64,000 nt of DNA from Podarcis melisellensis (taxonomy: Eukaryota), in the NCBI GenBank assembly GCA_964234715.1, contig OZ174277.1; one strand, 5' to 3'. Position numbers and translations under genes: made by a program. Positions 1-11,524 of this stretch are shown here, piece after piece; the stretch's first letter is position 1, and every line of letters begins with the position of its first letter. The notes beneath the pieces are model-generated. The model was not told where the DNA came from and searched no databases. It worked only from the letters and a program-made list of their open reading frames with translations.

Positions 1-642
1 AGAGGCAGGAAGTTTCCAGTCACTGGTGGAATTCCATCTCCCTTGGCCACTCAAGGTTTATGATATCCTTGTGGCTGGAGGCCCACTGCTGCACCTAAAA
101 GTAGGAGCACCTTTCACTAGCTCCACATAATAAGGAAAACATGGTGTGTGCACACATCCCAGCAACTTTGCTGGGGGTGATGGTAGAAGAAAACAGCTCT
201 GAATACCAAGTACCATTTTAGAGAAACCGTAAAGATTCATGAGAGATTCTATGAACAGGAGCAGTTTATAAACCCTGATGACAAAGAGAAATGGGTTGAG
301 GGCAAAACTATTCAAGAGATTTTGAAAACATGGTACAGTCAATGCTAGAAAATATCTAGCAAACAATGAATGATTTTGTAAAACCCTGCTACAGGAGCTA
401 CTACCAGCAATTCATATTGCCTGTCCAGGAAGACACCTCTACAAATAGAATTATGCTGCTGCCCCAATATCATAACTGACAAGAGCATTTATTCACCCAC
501 AGAAAGCTGACTGAGCTGCCCACCACAACATACCAATTCAGTGCAAGACTTGCAATAATGCCACATGCTCTTGGTATTGTTTGCAAGAGGATTTATTTTG
601 CACATTGTCCATCCCATTAGGGTTTAAGAGTGATCCACTTAC

Positions 643-1062
643 CTTCATAATACTTTTTAAATCCTGCACATACGTCCTCTCTGTCTCCAGGATTTCTTGG
701 ACCACTCTGTCAACGTACAGGAGCTTTGGGCTTGGAGGCTCAGCGATCAAGGACATGACACAGTTTCTGCTACTTTCCTTAGATTCAGCTCTCCGTGGCA
801 TACTTGGCCTTCTCCCAAGACTTCCGTCAGAGGTCTGCTCCTTTGAAGGGTTGTTTTTTCTCAGCTCCTTGCTGGAAAATCGCTGGGCCGGGCTCAGCTC
901 TAGCTTTATGGCCCCTGCTTCCTTATCCTGGTTGAATAAGCCCAGGTGATTGTTTGAAACTAGCGTTGTTCTGCTGCCAAAGGAACAGTGGCTATCCCTG
1001 GAGGATGCAGAAGATGAGGTGGAGCTGAAGCTGACAGGACGGTCACTGTCTGACAGTTCCAT
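643..1062 (-). CDS. PLEKHG1: PLEKHG1 (pleckstrin homology and RhoGEF domain-containing G1) coding exon: N-terminus and start of the DH domain. Whole exon 643-1181; the gene continues beyond the left window edge
   Basis: Translation [56 protein letters not shown]...[30 protein letters not shown] matches the PLEKHG1 N-terminus as I recall it. Phase-0 donor AAG|GTAAGT at 643/642. Pyrimidine-tract acceptor ctttttcctccccttaaag|ATGGC at 1182/1181. Confidence 0.95.
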
Positions 1063-1424
1063 GGTCTTAATCCCACAGTAGTGGAAGTGTCCGTCTTCTC
1101 TGTGCAGGCTCTCCCCTGGTGTCTTGGGGGTCGTGCCTACCATCACAGGAGGCGGCACGGCAAGAGGCAAATGGTAGCCATCTTTAAGGGGAGGAAAAAG
1201 AAACAATGCCTTTGTTAAATAAAGTGTCATTATCATTGAGTATCCTCCCCAAAATGGGAGACGTCCAACCTGCTTACCTTTGACAGCTGTTTGAAATCAT
1301 CAGTCACAGTCCCAATTTGCTATAATAAACCAGCTTCCCTACAGTCTCTCCCTAGAGACTTCCTTCAGGCCTATATAAACAGCCATTTGACTGATTACTG
1401 GTACTGAGAAAGCATACCTTACAG

Positions 1425-1603
1425 CAGGCATGTCCAAATTCCGTTTCACAGGCCGAATGCAGCCCACTGGTCGGTTAATCAGGCCCCTGTGGCAGTTTAT
1501 TTCCTTGGGTAAAATCCTAAAAACCTCAAGAACTTTGGTTGGCCCTCAGGGCTCTTCATTTTATCAAATCTGGCCCTCTTTGAAAAAAGTTTGGACACCA
1601 CTG
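1425..1603. mobile_element. hAT-type non-autonomous element (MITE)
   Basis: TIRs CAGGCATGTCCAAA / TTTGGACACCACTG; 8-bp TSD ccttacag / ccttatag. Confidence 0.8.
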
Positions 1604-2991
1604 CCTTATAGGTAAGGGAAGCTTCAATAAGTTGGCAAATAAGCTAGTGAAACATTTGGTGGGCTAGTAACGATTGTAAACTGGTTTGTAAAATTTCCTT
1701 GTATGTTTTCCACTGTACTCTTTTCCTCTCTCTTTCCTTCTTGATACTGTATGCGGACAGGAGAGCTTTCAGATTCAAGTTTTATCTTTATATATGTGGA
1801 TGAGATTATATTCCACCCCTTTTGTTTCAAGAAGGAACACTCAAATTAGTCAGCTGAAGATCTCTTGGCATACTATTTACTGGACATATCTTCTATTTCA
1901 CATGTGTAAGTAATGGCTTAACCTGTTCACAGTGACATTACAAATTCATTAGGTTTTCATACTTTAATTTAAAAGGGGAGGGAGAAGAAGAATAATATAT
2001 GTACTTAAATAATAAATTTGTTAAGACTTTAAGGTGCGGGCAACACTTTCTCATTTTTTACTGCAACCGAGTAAGCAAAAACCCTGATCCACCATGCTGG
2101 AGTGGGTTTGGAGGAATTGGGAAGACACTACTACCGAAATGAAGTGTTTTCAGAGAAGGGATGAGCCAGCACAGGATCTGCCCATATGCTATCAAGCAAC
2201 ATAATTGATCTGAGTCCCTTTGCTGCACTAGACTGGGAGCTGGAACAGCAGAACAGTCTCTGTTCTCCACACTCTGCCCTAGCTGGTACTAGCAGTGAAG
2301 CTGTGGATATGATGCTCCATTAAGCCTCACCATCGCACTCATGCACAGCTCTCTCTCTCTCTCTGTGCCCAAGAAATAATAAAAATATTATGTTTTTTGT
2401 GATTAGAACTAAAATTATTACAAAAATTAGTATATGCAGCTTCATTGAAAAAGGAGTAATTTTCCTTGGTTTCTGATAAAGAATATGTATATGTGTTATC
2501 AGCATTAAAAACACCCCTAAAACCAGAATAAAAATACACTGCAGATTTAGACTGGCTTGAAACCTGGATAAATAAGATAACTGGGAAAGTCTTCCGTTAA
2601 TTTATCACAAAGACGTATAACTTAAAATCTGTGACAAAGGACACCTGATTAGCTGCCTTAGCTGAGGCAGAAAGAGTTCCTGTTTCTTTCAATCACTTTG
2701 TAGTCCTTCTTCCTGTTTCATTGATACGCTGTCTCACTTACAGATAACCTGAATGAACTAGTAAGTCATGTTTACTTTGTCAACACCGCACAGTTCAGTA
2801 ATATAAACTATAGAAAAAGAAGCAAAGAATCCTCAGGAGGGGCCACATTTAAGGCAATACAAGCAAAAAGGAAGATATTGTGCAATGTAAGATCTTGATA
2901 GTTTTTTACAACCACTTAGCTTTAATTAAGTTGTAATTTGCTGTGCTCTTAAAAACCTTCAAGTTAGAGCACCTTGACCCAGGGTTTAGGA

Positions 2992-3124
2992 CAGGAATGG
3001 AGAACCTGAGACCTGCAGATGTTGCTGGACTCCAGCTCTCATCAGCTGGCATGGCGAATGGTCAAGGATGGTGGAAGGTGTACTATATAGCAACATCTGG
3101 ATAGTCACAGGTCCCCTATCACTG
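2992..3124. mobile_element. Short palindromic hAT-derived MITE, degenerate. Related copies near 21940-22030, 23440-23573, 31805-31930, 36901-37083, 37226-37361, 41360-41483 and 61380-61500
   Basis: Shared core ccagatgttg..ggactacaa..cccatca..gatggga..tgtagtcc..aacatctgga with an inverted-repeat layout. Confidence 0.65.
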
Positions 3125-3204
3125 GTTTAAGAGCATGAAAGCTCTGCAATCAAATTCATGGGATTTGAATATTACAAAGCTGTGTCTGAAAAATTTAAGA
3201 CTAA

Positions 3205-4029
3205 CAGGTATTGAGGAGATGTTCATCGAACTTGCAGATGACACCAAACTGGGAGGGGTAACCAATGCTGCATTAAAGATGACCTTAACAGATTGGAGAA
3301 CTGGGTCAAAACTAACAAAATGAATTTCAATAAGGACAAATGTAAGGTTCTACACTTAGGCTGCACAAATATAATGGGGGAGACACATGGCTTGCCAGTA
3401 GTACATGTGAACAGGATCTAGGGGTCTTAATAGACCAAAAGCTTAATATGTGTCACCAGTGTAATGCAGCAGTGGGAGAAAGCTATTCTAGGCTGCAACA
3501 ACAGAAATATAGTGTCCCACTCAAGGGAAGCAATAGTACCACTCTATTTTGCCTTGGTCAGACCATACCTGGAGTATTGTGTCCAGTTCTGGGCACCACA
3601 ATTTAAGGATATTGACAAGCTGGAATGTGTGCAGAACATGGGAATCAAGAGGATAAAGAGGTTGGAAACCAAGCCTTATGAGGAACAGCTGAGGGAATAG
3701 GGTATGTTTAGCCTGGAAAAGAGGAGACTGGGAGAAAATTTGATAGCCATCTTTAAATATCGAAAGTGCTGTCACATAGAGGATGGAGCAAGCTCTGAAG
3801 GGTAGGTCCTGAACCAATGGATTCAAGTTACAAGAAATGAGATTCCGACTAAACACCAGGAAGAACTTTCTGACAGTAAGAGATGTTCAACAGTCGAACA
3901 GACTCCAATGAGAGGTGATGACTCTCCTTCCTTGGAGTTTTTAAGCAGAGGTTGGATGGCTATTGGCCATGCATGATTCAGTTGAGATTCCTGCATTGCA
4001 GCGGGCTGGATAAGATGACTCTCAAGGTC
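3205..4029 (+). mobile_element. CR1 LINE 3' fragment, degenerate (RT C-terminus and 3' UTR)
   Basis: ADDTKLGG and AILGCNNRNIVSHSREAIVPLYFALVRPYLEYCVQFWAPQF motifs typical of CR1 ORF2. Frameshifted. 3' UTR gagattcctgcattgcag... Confidence 0.92.
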
Positions 4030-6271
4030 ATAGTAGCAAAGGAAACTTGCTTATCCCAGGCCATTTAGTCAAGTAGCTCAGTGTTGTGATTGGCAGCATC
4101 TTTCCAATGCCACAGGCAGAAGTCCATCACCTGCAACCCAACCATTTAACTGGAAATGATAGGGATTTAGCCTGGGGCCTTCTGCATACTGCAATTATCC
4201 GTTTCTTTTGTCCTGTCTTAGAGGCCTTTTAGTAGGGCAGACCTGGCCCAAGGAAAGCAGTAAGTGACACTGAAATTTTTAGTTCAGGTGGATATCCAGG
4301 TCTGCTGCTGAATGGTAATGCATAGAGGCAACACTTGTTACAAAGATTAAAGTCACGATTATAAATATATGTGGGTCTTTAAGGAGATCTAGAATTGTAA
4401 TAAACGTTAGACCAAAAGAACGGGATGCTGCATTTTATGACCTATGAGATCCCTTTAAACACTGTAATCCTATGGTATATACAGTACCTCTGCAGAAAGC
4501 ATACTTCAGTGGAAATACCCAAGGTGCTTGACATGTGGTTGCTGCAGAAAATGGATGTTTGTGTCAAGCAAAGTGTCCTACTTTATAAGATTTGGTTAGG
4601 CTTAACATTTCATTTCCCCAAATTCTGCCACCCTGCTCCATATCACTGGCTGCCAGTTGTAGAGGCAAGGAAGTACTGGGGTAAATCTGGCAAAATTATA
4701 CTGGAGTGGTGGTGGGTAACAAGACGACAGCATTTTGGGCAACAGGTTTTTATCAAACATTAAATCCATTTTCACCCTTTTATTGTGCACTGGGGCAGGG
4801 AGAAGAATGCCAGCTCTATATGCTTTCATAGATCTACAACTGACAGGGCTATGGTTTGGTTTGTGCAAGCTAAGCAATGGAAAGAGGGCTAATTGCATGT
4901 TTATCAACACTCACAGATAAATGTGTTTCAGCAACATGATCCCTTTCTTGCCCATACCTTTCCACAAATGTAGTTAAGCTCCCCACCCTGTCTGGCCTAC
5001 TGCCTGTGAAGGCACATACCGCTGATATGCCAACAAGAGACTTTAAACACAAACAAATGCACAGAGTGAACTAGAGAGACAGTGATACAATATCAGGCTG
5101 GGAAATGCACTCACAGGTAACTTTAGTACTAGAAACTGTATGTTGCAAGATCAAATATGAAAAAATAAGTTTCCCATGGTTAATAGTCTAATATTAACTT
5201 ACATGAGGTTTTGATATCAAGCATGCCATATTCAGGTTTTCGCCATTCATTATGCATTTTAGGAGATGCTGATGCTTTCATTGGTTATGCTTACAGCAAT
5301 TGCTGAAAGTGCTCTTATTTCTGACAATTTCAAAGGTCAAAATAATGTAGCTTGATAAATCTAACAGGGCCACATTTGAGACTTCACACCCATTTGCATT
5401 CCTTATACTAATTGCTGAAACTACATGCGAACATCTGCATCCCACATTAAAGCACACGATTCATGCTGTTGCCTCCCTGAAACACTTAATTTTAAAATTA
5501 TTATCCATAATCAGCATTACACCACTAAATAATTATCATTCATTCCAAATGTTAATCTGAGCTATTTCCATTCTTAATAATTTAATTAGGGAGCTTTTAA
5601 GCAATTAAGGTCATGCTGCTGCACAACACAAGAGTAAAAAAGGTTGCTTGTAAAAAGTTGTAATCAAATTTTATTTGAAAGGTAAGGATGGCATGCTCTA
5701 GAGCTTGTCCACCTTACAGTGCGCACACACTCACAGGTGCTGTTACTGTCACAGAAACTTCCCACACAGAGACGGCACTCTGTCCTGAACATAGATGACA
5801 TCAAACACCACTTTGCATAGGCAGCATGGGCAGTTTAGCTGCAATGTAATAAAAAACAAACAAACCACAATCATCTTCAACAGTCTTCTAACAGGGCCAC
5901 TAAAACTGTATTCATTACAGCATACAAAGTAAATTCAGCACACTACACAAATATTAAACAGCCCATTCAAGAATTGTGAAACCTGCAGCCAGTGATGGGC
6001 TCCTTTCAAATGCCCCCAAATGCCCATAGGAAACTACAAAGTCGCCCACCAGTTTGCCTTTTGTTTCCCAAGCTCAAATAAGCTACCTGGCTCTATCACA
6101 CAGCCTTCTGTCATAGCATACAACATGTTTGAGTCCCCAAGCACTGTTCCAAAGGAAAGTCCTCTGCGACGGTATCTCACCACTGTGGAATGTCTTCAAT
6201 GCTCCTTACGCAGTGAACGGGCAAGCTCCCCTCTCTCTCCCTTACGCTCCCTCGCACAACTTGCAACCTAC

Positions 6272-6422
6272 CTGTGTAATAGAAGATAAATGCTTTCTCC
6301 AACTCCGGCAGTTCCCCCAAATCACCTCGCTCCGGCGCTAAGGTAAAATGAGATGGTCTCGCTAGCCTATTCAGCTCCTTTGGTAGAAATACTGCCTGAG
6401 TCAGCTTTCGGCTATCGAAACC
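6272..6422 (-). other. Candidate alternative PLEKHG1 exon (151 nt) in a locally CpG-rich patch
   Basis: Acceptor ccttttgtgcattag|G and donor ACAG|GTAGGT. Open 50-codon frame ending in phase 1, compatible with the phase-1 acceptor at 1181. No homology recognised. Confidence 0.3.
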
Positions 6423-7390
6423 CTAATGCACAAAAGGCTCCACAGGAACCTGATTCACAACTTTCTCATTGCCCACACCAAATGCAGTCGTCGGCATGGC
6501 TAAGAGCCTTAAATGAAACATGACATCATTCAATTCAGGAACAGGACAATAGACACCACTGTGGGTAACTTTAAATGCACACTTCACTGAGCAACACGCC
6601 ACTAACTAGTCTCTTTAGGTGGGGGAGGGAGCAGCTCCCAACATTCTGAGTGCTTTCCTTCAACTAGTGATTAACTCTATACAACACTGAGAAAAATGCA
6701 AAGAAAATATGAGCTGGGACAGATAAAATCACAAATGTCCTGTTAGTGCAGGAGAATAATAGTTTTAAAAGTACAGAAATAGGTAAATTGACACCCCTGA
6801 ATTGCACCAACATGTGAAGACAGTTTTGGCATATTAAAAATGGCTGATGCTGCCCTGAAAATTTAACAGCAATATTTTGGCCTTTAACTTTTTATCTGCC
6901 CTCCGCCACCACTGCAAAAAATAGAAATCAAAGATTTCCTTTAAATTAAAAGGATGCATTCTTGCTTAAATTTTTTTAAAATATAGGACAGAGAGGAGTT
7001 TGCATACACATATACCCGATGAAGCATTTAAATTTTTAAAGAATATAAAAACATGAACAGAAAACGCTATAAATATTTTTAGTGTTTTGTTTTTTTAAAA
7101 AAATAATTCAAACTATAATATGCAGCCATACAACAAAATAACATCAATGCCAGGTAATGGTATCAGTAACGGTATCAGGGCACTTATTATGTCCAGTCCA
7201 GTTCTGCACTTCCCGTTATACCTGGATCAGGTGCTTCTAAAATGTTAGTAATATCAAAACTACCAGGCCAAAATTTCACAAATTTTAGTCTGTCTAATAA
7301 TTGCACCGCACACAGATGGAGCACACATCTTGAATGTAAAAGGTCTCCAACGATCTCATCAAACCATCATGGGTTGTATGGTTTCTGGTA

Positions 7391-7615
7391 CAGTGGTACC
7401 TCAGGTTACAGACGCTTCAGGTTACAGACTCCGCTAACCCAGAAATAGTACCTCGGGTTAAGAACTTTGCTTCAGGATGAGAACAGAAATCGCACAGCAG
7501 TGGTGCGGCAGCAGCGGGAGGCCCCATTAGCTAAAGTGGTCTTCAGGTTAAGAACAGTTTCAGGTTAAGAACGGACCTCCAGAATGAATTAAGTACTTAA
7601 CCTGAGGTACCACTG
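7391..7615. mobile_element. Tc1/mariner (pogo/Tigger-like) MITE, family A
   Basis: TIR CAGTGGTACCTCAGGTTA / TAACCTGAGGTACCACTG; TA flanks on both sides; highly similar to other copies in the window. Confidence 0.9.
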
Positions 7616-8261
7616 TACACCTATGGGAGATAGCAGTCAAATTCAACAATGCATATTCTTGCTACCGGTAGTTAGTAAGTTTTGGAACTAACAAGCACAG
7701 AGGTGTATTGAGGATAGGCAGAGACTCAGACCATAGAAATATAATTGGCAGAGGGCTCTTTATGAAGTCATTTCCCCTCCTCTCTGGAGTGGGAAGAAAC
7801 AAAGAAGTATTTCATGTTCCCCCCTTCCTTCCTTTGACCAGCAATGAGGGCAGACATGCCCTCTGCTTGCTCCAGCTCAGGCACATGCCTAAGACTGTTT
7901 CTACTGTAAATATAAGTATTTTACCTGCATATAGCCTCTCCTATATATTAAAACCCATCCCACAAAACCAACTATCACATATAGATTTCATAATATGCTC
8001 GACCTTGGTCTGACCCAGCAATGTTTTTTGTTGTTTTTTAAATGTTTTTCAAGCAAAAGTGCATACTCAAACAGCACTACATACATATTGTCTATGCCTT
8101 AAGTACTGAGAGAATGTGAGTATGTCATACTGGTTTGTAAATTAAAAACCCTATTATCTTGCCTTAGCTATATCAGCCCTTGGTGACAAGGCTGCATCCA
8201 CCTTTGCTGCCTTCTACTTTATTCCCCCCACCCGCCAGCAGCTGATTGGGGCCTTCTCTAG

Positions 8262-8407
8262 CAGTGGCGTAGCGTGGGTTGTCAGCACCCGGGGCAAGGC
8301 AAGTAATTTGTGCCCCCTAACCCGTGGATTTGCGCACCCTAACCCTTACCCCCAGATGTTGCGCCCGGTGCAGCCGCCCCCCCTGCACCCCCCACGCTAC
8401 GCCACTG
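8262..8407. mobile_element. GC-rich hAT MITE, young
   Basis: Perfect 17-bp TIR CAGTGGCGTAGCGTGGG / CCCACGCTACGCCACTG; perfect 8-bp TSD TTCTCTAG; CpGs retained. Confidence 0.9.
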
Positions 8408-9162
8408 TTCTCTAGTCTCCTATGAGGCTCTCCTCTCTGTCTGAAGGACATAGGGGAGAGCTAGCATTCCTTGCTTCCTGTTCCACAGTCGCAAGATAAC
8501 TTCCATCATCCAACCCCAGTTTCTACAACACCCCTCCCCAATTCTCCTTCATCCGCCTCACCTGTCTAAGCCTGCCAATTCATGCCTGATCCTGATAGAG
8601 CCTCATGACTGATGACATCACTTCAGGTTTAGGCGATTGACCTTAAAAACTCTCAAGCTGATACAAGATATGATTCAGAGAAATTGAAAAACTACATTTC
8701 AAACAATGCACAATGGTCACATAAGGGACGTTGTCTCAAACTGTTCTGTGGACATCTTTCTGCAAGGTATGTGTCAGGGCTCAGGTGTGCTCATTCAGCA
8801 GGTCTAAACCCTGCAAGCAACTCTGTCACTATGCTGATCTCCATTACCATGTGGTACACTGTGGACCAGAGGTTTAGCACTGAGTATCGGTTCATGTAGT
8901 TTTGTTTTTACATTAAAAGCTTAACTGGCAGCATGTGGAATTCCCACATAGACATGGTTTATTGCAACATCGAAATAAAGTTTTCTTTTTAATCTACAGT
9001 AAAGTTACTTTTACTACTATCCAATGTAACGACCTCTGAAAATTCATAGAATTGCCAGAGCAAGAAATGGAAGATGTGGACATTTATAAAAGGATATCCT
9101 ATAAAGAGAATATTATTTTGTCCAAATGGGATATCAATTTTGTTTATTGCTGCAAGTCTCTA

Positions 9163-9169
9163 TAATAAT

Positions 9170-9200
<31 letters not shown>
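9163..9200. repeat. (AAT)n microsatellite
   Basis: Direct reading. Confidence 0.9.
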
Positions 9201-9206
<6 letters not shown>

Positions 9207-10250
9207 AAAAATAAAAAGCTGTCTGTTTGAAATGTTCAGAAATGTATGGTGCCGAGTGCCCCTTTGCCATAAAAATTAACCATGCTTTCAAAAACATATA
9301 CATTTCCTAAATGCAAATCAACTATAAATGACCGAGGGGGATATTGTGGTCTCAATTTAATGATTTGCAAGCATTAAGTTTCCTACTTCAGGAATCTTAA
9401 CAAACCATAAATGAACTGCAGTCAACTCAGGATCTTCTAGAGGACATTCTGACTTCTTCCCCAAAGTGCAGGGCAATGTATTAATAACCCTCTGCAATGC
9501 AGTGCAATGATTATTTAAACCTGTACATCATACTGCAGAGATTTCTATATAAAACAAAAGCTTTTATCTTGCTGATATGCTAAAAACCCAAGTTTTGTAT
9601 ACACATTGTATATACATTGATTCCAGTTTGCGGAAAATGCTTTCTTAAAAGTTTAATAAGATGCTTGACAGAACACTGTTTGAAAACCCCCACCCACCCA
9701 ACCTTACAGCCAAAATTATTCCAGTTGTGATCTGCAATGTTTCCACTATATTCCAAAGCACTATGGAGGCAAATACATTATCCTTCTAGTAGTAGACTGA
9801 CAACATCACTGCTAATTCTAGGAGTGCAATATATTCCCACCAATAAGATCTATTTCCAGTTTGTTGTTTGTCAGTCACCTTATTTTCTTTCTCAGGATCA
9901 TAACACAGAAATGCTAGAAAGGTTTATTTACACAATGCTTCTGTTATTTTTGTAAACTCTAGATTATGGTTCTGTTCATCAAAATTGATTTTTCCTCCTC
10001 TGCAACTTACAGCAAGAGAGGAAGGGCTCCCTCCAGACTTCCTGCAATAGACTTCCTCACTCACCTCTTGCTCAAAAGCCTCCTTCTGTGGAATTCAGTT
10101 TCCCCAAACCACCATCACTGGGTTCCATTTATTACCCTACTATTCTTTGAAGTCTGCACAGCTATCACTTCTGTAGCTAAAGAGATAAGCTTTTTTATTT
10201 AAATTTTAAAATTTGTACCAAAGACTAGCTTGTCTCTTCAACAGCTAAAC

Positions 10251-10505
10251 CAGGGGTCAGCAAACCTTTTCAGCAGATGGCCAGCCCACTGTCCCTCAGA
10301 CCTTGTGGGGGGCTGGACTATATTTTTTTGGGGGGGGGGGAATGAACGAATTCCTATGCCCCACAAATAACCCAGAGATGCATTTTAAATAAAAGCACAC
10401 ATTCTACTCATGTAAAAACATGCTGATTGCCGGATCGTCCGTGGGCTGGATTTAGAAGGCGATTGGGCCGGATCCAGCCCCCGGGCCTTAGTTTGCCTAT
10501 CCATG
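10251..10505. mobile_element. hAT (Charlie-like) MITE
   Basis: Ends CAGGGGTCAGCAAAC / GTTTGCCTATCCATG; perfect 8-bp TSD AGCTAAAC. Confidence 0.85.
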
Positions 10506-10903
10506 AGCTAAACAGTTAAATGGCCAGTCACCTAGACTTTGCTGTTCTTACTTTCCCATTCAATTAACTGCCCTTCAGAGATAACTGTACATGAAGACAA
10601 AGCAACTGACTTAGCCTCTTCCAAAGAAGATTACTCCACAACTTTATGACAGTTCAAGTCCAGCTTTAGCCTGCCCCTGAATTCACAACACAGAGACATG
10701 TCTTCCTTCCCACAAGTTATCCTTGCATCAGAGTGAATTCAAAGGTGGTGTGGGATGTTCTATTCATGCTGGGCAGGGTAGACAGAACTCTCTTGGCTAC
10801 TCAGTCACTCACCTTGTGCAATGCTTTAAAGACATTTGGAAGCACCAAGGTTGACCCTTGCTACTTCTAAGCAGCAATGCTGGCGAACTTCATAATACAG
10901 TGG

Positions 10904-11277
10904 TAAAAAGGTAAAGGTAAAGGTACCCCTGCCCGTACGGGCCAGTCTTGACAGACTCTAGGGCTGTGCGCTCATCTCACTCTATAGGCCGGGAGCCAGC
11001 GCTGTCCGCAGACACTTCCGGGTCACGTGGCCAGCATGACAAAGCTGCATCTGGCGAGCCAGCACCAGCGCAGCACACGGAAACGCCGTTTACCTTCCCG
11101 CTAGTAAGTGGTCCCTATTTATCTACTTGCACCTGGGGATGCTTTCGAACTGCTAGGTTGGCAGGCGCTGGGACCGAACGATGGGAGCGCACCCCGCCGC
11201 GGGGATTCAAACCGCCGACCATGTGATCGGCAAGTCCTAGGCGCTGAGGTTTTACCCACAGTGCCACCCGCGTCCCC
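10904..11277 (-). mobile_element. Sauria SINE, full length
   Basis: tRNA-like head GGGACGCGGGTGGCACTGTGGG..GGTTTGAATCCC on the minus strand; (ACCTTT)n 3' tail; TSD TAATACAGTGG at 10893-10903 and 11278-11288. Confidence 0.9.
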
Positions 11278-11282
11278 TAATA

Positions 11283-11524
11283 CAGTGGCACCTCAGGTTA
11301 AGAACTTAATTTGTTCTCGAGGTCCGCTCTTAACCTGAAACTGCTCTTAACCTGAAGCACCACTTTAGCTAATGGGGCCTCACACCACTGCTGTGCCGCC
11401 GGAGCACAATTTCTGTTCTCATCCTGAAGCAAAGTTTTTAACCTGGGGTACTATTTCTGGGTTAGCGGAGTCTGCAACCCGAAGCGTCTGTAACCTGAAG
11501 CGTATGTAACCCGAGGTACCACTG
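11283..11524. mobile_element. Tc1/pogo MITE family A, opposite orientation to the 7391 copy
   Basis: TIRs CAGTGGCACCTCAGG / CCGAGGTACCACTG; TA flanks. Confidence 0.9.

Noticed and set aside
581-949. 122-aa + strand ORF
   Set aside because: Antisense shadow of the PLEKHG1 exon.
538-1236. 232-aa ORF as a complete protein
   Set aside because: It reads through both splice sites; only 643-1181 is exonic. The flanking residues are intron translation.
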